Source: Octopus bimaculoides (lineage: Eukaryota). From it: a stretch of DNA of 64,000 nt. Below are positions 13,717 to 25,455 of this stretch, in pieces. The position numbers and the translations under genes are program-made. The stretch covers positions 44,576,613 to 44,640,612 of the forward strand of contig NC_068995.1 in assembly GCF_001194135.2 (NCBI RefSeq), given 5' to 3'. The notes beneath the pieces were generated by a model that had not been told where the DNA came from, ran no database searches, and saw only the letters and a program-made list of their open reading frames with translations. Every line of letters starts with the position of its first letter. Within the stretch, counting starts at the first letter, position 1.

Positions 13717-16094
13717 CTGAGGTTTAAAAAGAAAAAAAAGAGAAGGTAAATTTCTTTATTTACAGGAAATCAAACTATACACACAATATATATAGTTCCT
13801 GTCTACTACTTAGACAGGAACTATACACAACAGCATACAGAAAATATACACAATATATACATGTAAAATATGCAGAACAATATATACACAGGAAATATAC
13901 GGAATCTATTACATATTTGTGGAAGTTAGTGTTCATCTTTTTTGACCCTCTTTCTGTACTAAGCAGCGATTGCCTACTACAGTGCAGAATCCCCATGCAT
14001 TTTCTCTATTTTTTAATTTATTGTTTAGGATGAAACATTGATAATTTTGACTGACATGGCAGATAAATCAAGTTTAGGAAACATTTCAAGTTCTATAAGT
14101 TGTATAACATCAGCTGCTAAGGAAATTAAAGGATGGTGTATTGTTGCAGATTCAGTTAACTGTGGTTGATTTGAAATTGGAAGAAATCTAGTAATTTTTG
14201 CAAGTTTTGGAGGTTTTAGGATTTCCGACCCAAAGCAGAGACAAGATTGATCTCTGTCATTTCATTGCTTTTTAATTTGAATTTTTTTTTAGTTCGGGCA
14301 AAATAAAATAGAATTTAAAAGAAAAAACTTTAAAGAAAGCAAACTATTAATAGCCATTATTTTGAAAAATTGAGTGTTCGGGGAATTTGGAAAGACTTCC
14401 TCCGGTCTTTCTCAAAGACTAGCCAAAATGTCTGTTATTGCAAGTTTTGATAGGAGAAGATAATGTTATAATTGAAGTTGTGATGGCAAAATACAATTAT
14501 GAAAATCGAAGAAAGGACGTCAAATTCTCAATGCTAACGAAACGAGTTTCTAAGTGAAACTAATTTTTAAATGTGTGTGTGTGTGTGTGTGTGTAAGTAC
14601 ATATATCTTTGAATGTTCGCGTGAACCAGCTTCTTTTCCCTGGGAAGTTTAATTGACAAGTATTTTTTTAAGGAATGTCAAGGTAGTCAGTATCTGGTCT
14701 AAATGGCGCCAGTACGAACAGCAATCCCTATACATATGCGTGTGTGTGTGTGTGTAGATGGGACCAGAAGCAGAGTTAATAAAGTGTAAATGAATGAATA
14801 AATATGCATATGTGTGTGTGTAGGTACATATGTATAGGTATTCTTCTGAGCTTTCGTAGAATATAGATCTAGATTTCATCAGAGCTATTTTTGGTTTTTC
14901 ATTGCTGCTGTCGCTGTTGTTGTTGTTGTTACTGTTGTCGTTGTTGACGATGTTTTTCGATTTTGCTTTTTTTTCCCCTTCATTCGGTATCATTTTTCCC
15001 CTCTACTAATTATTTTCTAAGGGAATTTTTGACCAGTCACTCTGTTTCATCTTCGTTACTATTTCACAAAATATATTATTTGTTCTCATTTAAGAAGAAA
15101 AGTTTGTCAGACTTCAATAAACGTATGGCGGGAACATTTTCGTAAATTGTATGTTGTAAATCTGAAGGTGTACCACTGAATAGTGGGAGGGGACAGAGCC
15201 CTTACCCCTAGCGACGAGCCAAATCACAGCTAGCATATCAACAGTCTAAAGGTATTTGGAAATTCTTTACTAAGTATACCTGTTTCCAAACTCTGATTGA
15301 CAGACTTTCGGAATCGCTGTTAACTTTCATGGTAAAGGAAGAAGGCAAGGAATGCGATGATTATATCGTTCTGTGAAAGAAATCTGGTTTAAACAAAATT
15401 CAATCTTTTATATTTTTATTCCCCGCCAACTCCGCGCTCTCATTCCGTGATTTTCGGGTACTACACCCGTCTAGACGGGTGTAAGAATGCCGTGTAACAG
15501 TAATAATTTAGCGATATCTAACACGTTCAGAAACGTAATTCATAATACTTTCACTTTTCGTCCATTGAAATAGACATCCCAACAAAAAATGAATAAATAA
15601 CACAGTTGCGATAAAAGATAAAAGCTTTTCCTTTCGTGGGGGGCCCGGAAACGAAGAAGCGCCATAAAAAGTCTTAGAAAATCCGAAAACCTATAAACTA
15701 GTAAAACAGACACCAAATACAGTGTATAATGGTTGTTTATCTATTTTCTACAGACAGTCTGTGGAATGGTGTTGAGTTGAGTTTAGTTGTTGCATGTGGT
15801 GGGGGAGCGACATGAGGAAATATATAAACATTACCTGAGATCCGAACAAGTAATTTCTAGTTATTCTCTTGGTTCAGTAATCGATCAAAGCATAATACGG
15901 TAGGTTTTAGATGTGTGTGTATATTGTGAACTAAAGCAGAAATTCGATTAACTGAACGGAATCTTTAAATATTTCTAAACAAGTCGATGTATAAACGTTG
16001 CAGGGCGGAAATAACATGGCAACTTTTTTTTATACCCTTCGAGAAAAACGAATGTTGCATTAAAGACAAAGCCATCGAAATAAAAATAACTTAC

Positions 16095-16142
16095 CTTTAA
16101 AAGAGAGAGAAACAATAAAATAGTTTTAATGTCATGAAACAT
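16095..16142 (-). CDS. FAM172A: FAM172A/ARB2A probable coding exon 1 (MFHDIKTILLFLSLLK)
   Basis: ATG at 16142 and a strong AAG|gtaagt donor; phase 0 matches the acceptor at 13716; hydrophobic N-terminus like vertebrate FAM172A. Confidence 0.6.
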
Positions 16143-16732
16143 TAAACAAGTTTTACTTTCCACTTACGGTGTAACATTCCAATTATGTCCCCGCGTCAAA
16201 CTTATCCGCCACTAAATCTGCGCAATACTTGCAGTTTTTTTTGTTTTTTTGTATTTCAATTTACATATAGAATAATTTGTAATTAAATCGTTCTCAAGAC
16301 TTTACTGGGCCTTTAATTACATCAGTCTCTGAAGGATGAAAAACAAACTTCTTTGCAACATGATCTGAACGTTTTTTTTTTTAAATTAAAATTTTTTTTT
16401 TAACCTCTCCTTAGTGAGTGTAGCTATCTATCTATCTATCTATATANNNNNNNNNNNNNNNNNNNNNNNNNNNNNNNNNNNNNNNNNNNNNNNNNNNNNN
16501 NNNNNNNNNNNNNNNNNNNNNNNNNNNNNNNNNNNNNNNNNNNNNNNNNNNNNNNNNNNNNNNNNNNNNNNNNNNNNNNNNNNNNNNNNNNNNNNNNNNN
16601 NNNNNNNNNNNNNNNNNNNNNNNNNNNNNNNNNNNNNNNNNNNNNNNNNNNNNNNNNNNNNNNNNNNNNNNNNNNNNNNNNNNNNNNNNNNNNNNNNNNN
16701 NNNNNNNNTATATATATCCTTTATTTGCTGAA

Positions 16733-16796
16733 TAACAAGACTACCGTTGGTTTCATGCCTGGAGTTCTCAGCGTGAAACCAATGGTAGCCTTGTTA
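16733..16796. ncRNA. Pre-miRNA-sized hairpin (candidate)
   Basis: TAACAAGACTACCGTTGGTTTCATGC / GCGTGAAACCAATGGTAGCCTTGTTA: 26-position stem with 1 mismatch and 2 G-U pairs, 12-nt loop. Confidence 0.4.
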
Positions 16797-16883
16797 ACCG
16801 CTAAATGAAGGAAATTTATTCACTGACGTGGTGTTGAGCACTCATTCTTACTGTTCGATATTAGTGTGTGTGTGTGTGTAAAT

Positions 16884-17338
16884 TAATAAATATCAGGAGA
16901 ACAGAGATTTACATATCCAGGTTTTGTTATACAGTTAATCACATCTTTCGTTGTCAGTACTTACACATGTTCCCACTGCAAGCCAATGCACACTACAAAT
17001 TGTACATCTTGATGTTAATTACCAGTGTTGCTTCATCGGGGAAAAATTTAACTGTATTTCAGATACCATCTGAAGAGAATATTAGCCCAACCAGAATTAT
17101 TCATATGCGTGCGTGGTGAATAATTCTGGTTGGGCTTAATACTCCATTCAGATGGTATCTGAAATTCAGTTAAATTTTACCCTGATGAAGCAGCATCAAT
17201 AATTAACACCGAGATGCACAATTTGCAATGTGCACCACCTTGTAGCTGAAACTCTTGTAGGTGCTGACAAAGAAAAACGTGATTAAGTGTATAATAAAAC
17301 GTGGGTATGTAAATCTCTGCTCTTCTGATATTTATTAC
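16884..17338. repeat. Long imperfect inverted repeat (~220-bp arms, 13-nt loop)
   Basis: Arm 16884-17103 aligns to the reverse complement of 17117-17338; inner 20 bp perfect. Confidence 0.92.
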
Positions 17339-17504
17339 TTTACTATTTTTTCTCTACCGACACAATGCAGTCTCTATAAAGAAATTTGGATTTATCAAAG
17401 TGTTGAAGGTTGATCTCAAAGGAAATGACAGAGGACTGTACTCAATTGCTGTACTCAAGAAGACCTGCCCACCACAACAGAATTCAAATCTTAAAACCAA
17501 GTTT

Positions 17505-17960
17505 CCACATAAAAAGCTGTAAAAGTTTGATAGTTGTCATAGAGACTTTAGTCTCTCTATCACCTTTCAACATAATTATATATGAAGAGACAGTAGAACA
17601 ATTAACAATATAATAAAAAGGTTTTATTTATGATGATGCTTGGTTTCACAATTCCTGTCATTCAGCTTAGCAGCTGCTGATTAAGTGGTAGTTTGGTAAT
17701 GGAAGGTTAAGGGCTTCCTTGATGCCTGCCAGAGAAACAAGTAGCTATCACCATCGAAGGCATCGAGGTGAAGTGGTAATTCGTTGAGGAGCGAGGAGTT
17801 GTCACGTAGAAGGTCTGAGCTCAACTGCCTAACAAAGTGAAACTCTCTCTTTAAAAACCAGTTTTACTACGCATGCACACTCGAGGGGCTTCCGGTAGTG
17901 AAGTCCCCTGCGCATGCGCAGAATAGTACTTCCTCAATGGCGGCTATAATTTCGCCCCAC
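17505..17960. repeat. Unclassified ~450-bp interspersed repeat; inverted copy at ~39170-39612
   Basis: TGTAGTGG.GCGAAATTATAGCCGCCATTGAGGAAGTAC... shared between both loci. Confidence 0.75.
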
Positions 17961-18903
17961 TACAAAGCATTGGTGTGGGTGCTGGTGTCACATAAAAAGC
18001 ACTGGTGATAGTGCTATGTAAAAAGCACCCAGTGCACTCTGTAAAGTGGTTGGTGTTAGGAAGGGCATCCAGCCATAGAAACTAGGCCATAACAGATTAT
18101 GGAACCTGGTGCAACACCTGGCTTTGCCAGTTCCTGTCAAGCTGTCCAACCCATGCCAGCATGGAAAGCAAACATTAAATGTTGTTGATGATAATGATGA
18201 TGATGATTACCTCCTGCTACATTTTGTACCCTACCACTGCTCCTATATTTTTATCTTGTTCTTGCAGGTTTTCATTCCTATTGAAAACCCAATTTTGTTG
18301 AAAAATATTTGGCTTTTATGGGCAGGTAAATTTAATTAACAGGTGTTAAAGTAATAACATTATGGATAAACATTAAAACTGAAATTCTTAATGCATCTTA
18401 CCTGTTTGATTTGGGACTAAAATTATTCCAGATGGCAGCTGATAAAAATTTTGCCACTTTTCAAGATGAGGTACATTAATTTGAATTAATTAAAATACAG
18501 GTATAATAAGCACAAGATTTTATTCTTTCAGTAAATATTTTGTACCTCGGTGGGGAATAATTTTTTCCAGATCTTTTTGGGTGCATTCAAGATATCTGAC
18601 CTCCAAACCCGCCGCAAGCCACTTTTTTCCTGAAAGAAAGGTGGGAGGAGTAGTGGGGACCTTGAAGTTTCCCACCAAGGAAGTTTTGTTTCGTGGATCT
18701 TTTTTTCTTTTCCAGGTTATTTTGCATGCTTTCAACAAATGTGACATCGAAATCACATGTAAACAGCTCCTTTTTCCAGAAAAGGAAAGATTTGGTGGCT
18801 ATTTCTAGCATGCCCTGTTACCACATAACAGCTATTTGTTACCAGGTTTACTATTTGTTAGCTGTTACCATATAACAGCTAATCACTACGCCATATACCC
18901 ACA

Positions 18904-19150
18904 GGCATATGGCGTAGTGGTTAAGAGCGTGGGCTACTAACCCCAAGATTCCGAGCTTGATTCCAAGCAGTGACCTGAACAATAACAACAATAATAATAA
19001 TAATAATAACATCGAAAAATACCTTAGGAATGAGAACCTAGATTTGAAATTTCCCCAAGACACCTGAAGAAGGCTGGAGGGTATATCAGCCGAAACATGT
19101 TAACAAACAAGATGAGGACAAATATCTGTTGAGTGTAAATAATGTAAATA
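18904..19150 (+). mobile_element. tRNA-headed SINE-like element with (AAT)n linker and hammerhead-ribozyme-like 3' part
   Basis: A box TGGCGTAGTGG, GGG-CTACTAA-CCC anticodon arm, degenerate B box; CTGAAGA-A-GGCTG..CAGCC-GAAA core at 19064-19095; second copy of the 3' part at 53330-53450 (-). Confidence 0.75.
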
Positions 19151-19578
19151 ACAGCTATTTGTATTCACACCGAGACATTTACCAAGTTTTTTCCCTCCAT
19201 TTATTTTTCCATTTTATGGAAGCCAATATTTACTCTGTTGACATCCACCTCAGTTAATTTTGCTTTTCTCCCAGTTCTGTGCTTTCTGGAAAAAAAGCCA
19301 GTTCAGTGCTTTCTGCAAGAGAAGCCCTCACATTATCTCAAAGCTATGAGAATTCACTAACGCAATTTATTTATGTTTTAAAAGATTTCGTAGAGGAATT
19401 AGATACAACTGGTTTTGGCTGGTTTAAAACACTAAAGGGTTAAAAAGTACCAAAACTATAAAATTTGGCCTTTTTGAGGACTTTAGAACCCTACAATTAT
19501 ATTCTCAATCGCAGAATAATGCTAATAATATAGCCTGAACAGGATAAACTATCCCTATTTTGCAGAGAAAAGTGTAGG

Positions 19579-19653
19579 TGGCTAGCTGTGGACTCGAACT
19601 CACATCCCCGTGATTACATGTCACGATGCTTTGACCAATTAAGCTAAACTACC
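19579..19653 (-). pseudogene. tRNA-like pseudogene or SINE head (anticodon TGT, Thr-like)
   Basis: D arm TAGCTTAATTGGTCAAAGC, stem CGTGA-CATGTAA-TCACG, GTTCGAGTCC; A at position 33 and a broken acceptor stem. Confidence 0.5.
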
Positions 19654-20014
19654 CACTACAAATTCCTCTGCAAATTAAGATATAAAAATCTCGCTTTATG
19701 AGACGCTCTCATATGTTAAATTCAAATTACGACAAACGTAAATAAACAAACGAAGTTTGCTTTTAGAAGCGTTGAGATGTCTTTGAGAATTTAAAATCAC
19801 TTCTTTATAATTTTAGTCTAATTACAGAGATGAGTTAAAGTGAGAGAGATTCTATAAATGAAGGAGTCAAAATTTTTTGTGTCATCTCCACACCCTTGAC
19901 AGCTACAAGACTTAATACAGAGCCCTGATAGCAACAAGAATTTAATACAGAGAGTAGACAAGGTTTGTAATATTTATTGTTGTATTTAAACTATACAAAA
20001 AACAGTCAACTACT

Positions 20015-20219
20015 TTAATGTTTCCTTCTTTCAAACATTATGTCATACATGTCGTGCTTGCCAATGTGAGCCAAATATTCTTTTAACGACGGCTCGATGA
20101 ATCTATCTCGGAGATTGTGGAAAATAGGTTCACCATTCAAAGTGCCAACTTTCCAGTTTGGAACATCTTTCATGAGTTCTTTCTCTTCCTGGCGGTTGTC
20201 TCTCAGTCTTCTTAAATAC
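20015..20219 (-). CDS. NDUFA13: NDUFA13 exon 4 (MYLRRLRDNRQEEKELMKDVPNWKVG...RRKH*); joined CDS 456 nt = 151 aa
   Basis: LR.N.EEE...MKDVP.WKVG motif; tgcag acceptor; all four exons join in frame. Confidence 0.95.
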
Positions 20220-20874
20220 CTGCATAGACAAACAGATCCAGAATAATAAAAATCAATTACAAGAAGCATTAATTAATTACTTATTCCTGAATAATTTTTT
20301 ACACCAACTTACAAGAAAATTTTTAAAAATATATATATAATTGAAATTAAACACATTTTTATTTTCACATTAAAAATAATTTTTTTTTTTACATGTATTT
20401 TATCAAGTTAGTGAGGATGGGTTTTGAAATTTTGTAATTTTTCTATGTGAATTTTTGGAGTAAGTATTTCCCAAAATAGATGATGAACTGGTATAGTTGT
20501 TGAGGCATCAAACTGATTTGTGGTTTTAATCCTGACTCTTTGCTTTCATCATCATCATCTTTGTCATCTGACGTTTGTATTCCATGCTGGCATGGGTTGG
20601 ACGGTTTGACTGAGGACTGGCAAGCCAGAAGGCTGTACCAGGCTCCAATCTGATCTGGCAAATCCTTCAAATCACTGTCTAAGATTAAGAGTAAGATTAT
20701 ACAAGTAGAACTGGTTGTTATAAATGGACTTATATCCATACTTCCTTCATTTGATCCAGTCTTTAATGTAACATTACATAGTTGTTTCCTACGTCTAGTG
20801 TTTATTACATCTATCCAACAACTCCACGCCAGTCTTTGTCACCAAACAAGTAAACAAATAAGAAATATACTTAC

Positions 20875-20946
20875 ATTCTATCAACTTCAGCTAGAAATAG
20901 AGGTTCTACAGCATTCCTGGCATCCTGCATCTCAAGCCTGTAACGT
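20875..20946 (-). CDS. NDUFA13: NDUFA13 exon 3 (KRYRLEMQDARNAVEPLFLAEVDR)
   Basis: Matches E..EAR.A..PL..AE.DR; acag acceptor, gtaagt donor, phase 2/2. Confidence 0.92.
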
Positions 20947-22016
20947 CTGTAGAAAGAATATTTTATTATATATACATATATATATGTGTGTGTGCAGACA
21001 TTATTATCCATAGTGAGAGCTAGCAGTGACCTTCATTAGGCAGAGTGCAGAGTGACATTGTGGCGTTGTTTACTTCACAAGTTGTGAAATAGGTATTTTT
21101 TGTGATCTTCAGGGTGGATATATGTAATTTTAAAACACACAACTCTTCAGTTCCTGGCCATCTCTGGATAATATTTTTGAAAATATAGGTTGCCTGTGAA
21201 GACATTGATTGATACTGCCATACATAAAGACAGACAGATTGAGTGTGTTGAAATGGTTGAAATTATTGCTATTTAACCATTGTACTGTAGTAAATGACGG
21301 TGTGTAGCCTAGTGGTTAAGTTGTTTGATCTGCAATCATAAGGCCATGGGTTCGATACCTATACTTGGTGGTACATTGCAGATACATCCTCAATGTTTGG
21401 CTGGGTCAAGGATGCCAGGCCCAAGAATGAGTCTATATTTTTATGCAACTACACAAACACCAAAAACAACTGACAAAAGTGTGGTAGTAACTACCAGCTA
21501 AGATTCTTTTTCGAGTGATAGCTAAGCTTCTCCTCTTCACAGTAGAAAAGTAGTTCTAGGTAATAAGAGCTGATGTATGACAGAAAACAGTTAATTTGTC
21601 ATGGTTTTTACATCTGGATATATTTTCTGTCCTCAACCACTTTACAGCATCATCTAGGTGCATTTTATCACGCCACCAACACAAAATAGTCCCCCTTTGA
21701 GAATTACTGCAATTACAGATTGGTCTCCGCAGTGATTATTGTCTTCTAATTAATTATCCAGAATACTTTTCAGAATACTGTTGACTACGTTGGAGAAACA
21801 GAATACAGAATGAGAGAGGATTCATCATTAGAACAAGTCTTATAATGTTAAAAGGCAGATGGGATTGAGAAGGCCACAGTCACTGCTTTAGTAGAATATT
21901 TAGGAAACAAAACGTAACAGTAACAATAAAAAATAAACATGCAATTTGTCCAACAGCCTCATGTGATCCACACTCATTCACATATTATATGTTACATATT
22001 AAAAAAATTTACGTAC

Positions 22017-22095
22017 TTCCAGTGTTTAGCTTGGAAAGTCCATACAGTGTAACCAGCCAGAGAGAGAGCAATAAAGGTAGAAAACTTGAAAAATC
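22017..22095 (-). CDS. NDUFA13: NDUFA13 exon 2 (GFFKFSTFIALSLAGYTVWTFQAKHW), transmembrane helix
   Basis: ttgcag acceptor, gtacgt donor, phase 1/2; hydrophobic segment at the expected position. Confidence 0.88.
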
Positions 22096-22677
22096 CTGCA
22101 AAAGGAAATAAAATCATTAACGATAACTTTTAGCCTAGATAAAAGGTCATAAAATAGATGGAGCATAGCAGAGAATTATAAAGACATGCACCTCATATTC
22201 TCTCAGTTATGGTAAAAAATATCAAACTTTTTTTTCATATATATATAGCAACCATTTAATATCCACTTTTTCATGCTTGCTTCAAGCCTAAGAGAATTCA
22301 CTGAGGTAGAATTTTATGGCCAGAATGTCCTTCCTGTCGCTAAACATCATGCACAATACGTCCTCAGATGAATTTTTTAAAGATTTCCTGTGTCGTCTGC
22401 TGAAGAACAAAATCTAATAGAATCACTATTATAGTCGTTCAAACAACAATATCTTTGTTAAATACTCTTACTCTTTTACTTGTTTCAGCCATTTGACTGT
22501 GGCCATGCTGGAGCACCGCCTTTAGTCGAGCAATTCGACCCCAGGACTTATTCTTTGTAAGCCTAGTACTTATTCTATCAGTCTGTTTTGCTGAACCGCT
22601 AAGTTACGGGGACGTAAACACACCACCATTGGTTGTCAAGCGATGGTGGGGTGACAAACACAGACACACAAACATAT

Positions 22678-22711
<34 letters not shown>

Positions 22712-23219
22712 ATATATATATACGACGAGCTTCTTTCAGTTTCCATCTACCAAATCCACTCACAAGACTTTGGTCGGCCCGAGACTATAGTAGAAGACAC
22801 TTGTCCAAGGTGCCACGCAGTGAGACTGAACCTAGAAACATGTGGTTGGTGAGCAAGCTACTTATACAATTACATAGTTTATAAGTTTAAAAAAATGTGC
22901 CAGTATACAGATTGGGAGAATTGTTATTATTGTTTATTGAGAAAACTTAAATATTGTTCGTGTTTGTATTGCTAAGCTCTCTATCGTTCGAAATTCTTCG
23001 GAAACAAACAGAATATGCATGAAGAAATTTCGTACAAGAACGAGCAAAAGGAAATGAAGATGATAATTTATAATTAGTGAGAGATCAGCAATATTTATAT
23101 TTCAATAATTGGAAAGTAATTTAACTTTAAGAGGTTTGTCAAGGGCACAAGTACAATGTCAGAATCACAAGGAATTCTGAGGCCAAATAACATGAATAGC
23201 TATCTTTTATTGTACGTAC

Positions 23220-23319
23220 CGCTGGGACCTCGTTTAGCAACTTCCTTCATCCATTTAATGGAACCATATCCTCCCTGCGGAGGTAAATCTTGTTTGAAAC
23301 TGCTGCTAGCACTGGACAT
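23220..23319 (-). CDS. NDUFA13: NDUFA13/GRIM-19 exon 1 (MSSASSSFKQDLPPQGGYGSIKWMKEVAKRGPS)
   Basis: KQD.PP.GGY motif; G|gtacgt phase-1 donor. Confidence 0.93.
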
Positions 23320-23949
23320 GTTGAGCACTTGCTGCCTCCGTCCTTCTGCAGCTGCTGCTGACACCTGACGACCAACATACGAACTAGAAGACGCAATAAT
23401 ATTGAGTTATCTCCCGTTAGCGTTTTTTTTTATTATCTCCCTTACATTTATTGTAGATTTTCTTCCTTAGAATAGCCATGAATGGACCATGGAAATGAGC
23501 GTTTAATCTGCTAGAAGTAGCAACTAAATCTTGTTGAAATCACATTCCAACGTCTAAAACAATCAAAGACACATACAATATTGCACGCTCTTAAAAACAC
23601 AGGATGGTCGCTAATGGAATGCTTGATCAAGGTTGAGTTCGGGTAAAACAGTAATTTGACACGTAGGACCTCCAAGGCATCAGATTTGATTGAATGGCAA
23701 GAGTCGATTAAATCATTGTTTCTCGCAGGAGAGGGATTTAGAGCCTTTCTTGAGAGGACCCGGAATCACCGTGTTTAATAACATGAAATATTTTTAATCA
23801 TGCCAAAGAAAGAACTATCTTACAGGAATAAACTATATTGTTTTCGTATTCATAAAGAGGTTGAGAGGGACGAAAAATCTTAAAAATGCTATTTGAAGGA
23901 ATTTCAGTTTTGTCAGGTCGAGAACCACTGGAATAAATCGATTACAATA

Positions 23950-24318
23950 ATTGATGGGTATTTCATTTGTTCTAATCTGGAAGGATGACCCTCAGTCGGT
24001 TACGACCCATTGCCTCGTCGCCGTAAGCTTGTCAAAATATGCTCAATGTCTCTGTAGGAGACTTCCCAAGTTTAACACAAAATTTCACGTTGGCTCTTTC
24101 TTCCAACGTCCTGTCCATGGAAAAATCACAGACTACAGCATACACATGATCACAAAAAATACCTATTTCACAACTTGCGAAGTAAACAACGCCACGATGT
24201 CACTCCGCACTCTGCCTAATGAAGGTCATTGCTAGCTCTCACTGCGCATGCAACCGTGTGCTGCTATCTGTTGGCGCGCTACAGAACTAGTCCGGGAATT
24301 TTTTCATACCACCTCGTA
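23950..24318 (-). mobile_element. Mariner-like non-autonomous remnant; internal segment repeated inverted at ~21010-21110
   Basis: End TACGAGGTGGTATGAAAAAATTCCCGGAC resembles mariner TIRs; ~100-bp shared segment. Confidence 0.55.
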
Positions 24319-24994
24319 TATATAATAATAATAATAATGATAATAATAATAATGATAATGATAATAATAATTGATGAAAAAGACGGAAAATAGATTTGGT
24401 ACTAGTCTTTATTCAGTACGACGATTGTTTCGACTCATCCGTTCGTTATGGGTAGGATTTTGTACAACTAATAATGTTGCATCAAAGTACATATATATAT
24501 ACGTGTGTGTGTGTGTGTGTGTGTGCGTGCGTGCGTGTGTGTCTTTGTGTTTGATCCCCGCTATAGCTTGACAACTGATGGTGTTGTGTGTACGTCCCTC
24601 GTAACTTAGCGGTTCGACAAAAGAACAGATAGAATAAATACTAATATTTGAAAAAAAAAAGTCCTGGGGTCGATTTATTCTTCAAGGTAGTACCCTAGCA
24701 TAACCACAATCTAATGACTGAAGCAATTAAAAGATAAAAGATATCCTCATGTAAAATGATGAATATAGCAACAGCAACAGCAACGACAATAAGTAATAAA
24801 TAGAATCAAAGCCTTTTATTAAAATTCTCTTAGATTGTCTTGCTCATAGGGAGTTAGTGTTGTCCTCCACTCGGCTCATGCTTCAACCAAATTCTTCGAG
24901 AAATATTTGATGGCACTAAGAAAACATCGATGGAAGTCTGGAGCAGAAAATACTTCTGTCCCTGAAACAACAATAGAAACAAAAGACAATGTCA

Positions 24995-25455
24995 GGATCT
25001 TTTTTAAAACGGGGGCCACATTTTTCATTAACGAAACACTTTGAAACTTGGAACACTGGTAGAATGTGTCATATAAAACATCTTTTTCTCTTAGTCTTCT
25101 TAAAAAAAAAAAGAAATCCATAAGTTATTCCATGTTAAAGTTGTCGTATTTCTGTAATTTCAACCAATCACTGACGTCCATTCAGCCGATATACATTAAG
25201 TGCCGACTACATAAACAAACGATTCTGAAACAATTAACCCTAACTCTAACCCTAGGGTTAGGGTTAGGGTTAGGGTTAAAGCAAATAAAACGAAGGTATG
25301 GAGATTAAATACGCTTTACATCGCTTAATCAGCCAAAAGAGTAAATATAAACAACTGAATACTTGTCAGTGATTGGTTGAAATTATCGAAATAAGACAAT
25401 TTTTTACTACGTAAAACATTAATGAAAAATGTGGCCCCCGTTTTAAAATAGATCC
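24995..25455. mobile_element. MITE with ~37-bp TIRs (GGATCT...AGATCC), 8-bp TSD CAATGTCA and a central telomeric-repeat palindrome
   Basis: TSD at 24987-24994 and 25456-25463; internal inverted repeats ATTTCAACCAATCACTGAC / GTCAGTGATTGGTTGAAAT; CCCTAA-type then (GGGTTA)4 repeats at ~25237-25277. Confidence 0.85.

Noticed and set aside
16286-16373. C/D snoRNA-like arrangement (CTGA..GGATGA..CTGA with CGTT/AACG ends)
   Set aside because: No acceptable C box (TCAAGA instead of RTGATGA) and no recognisable rRNA guide.
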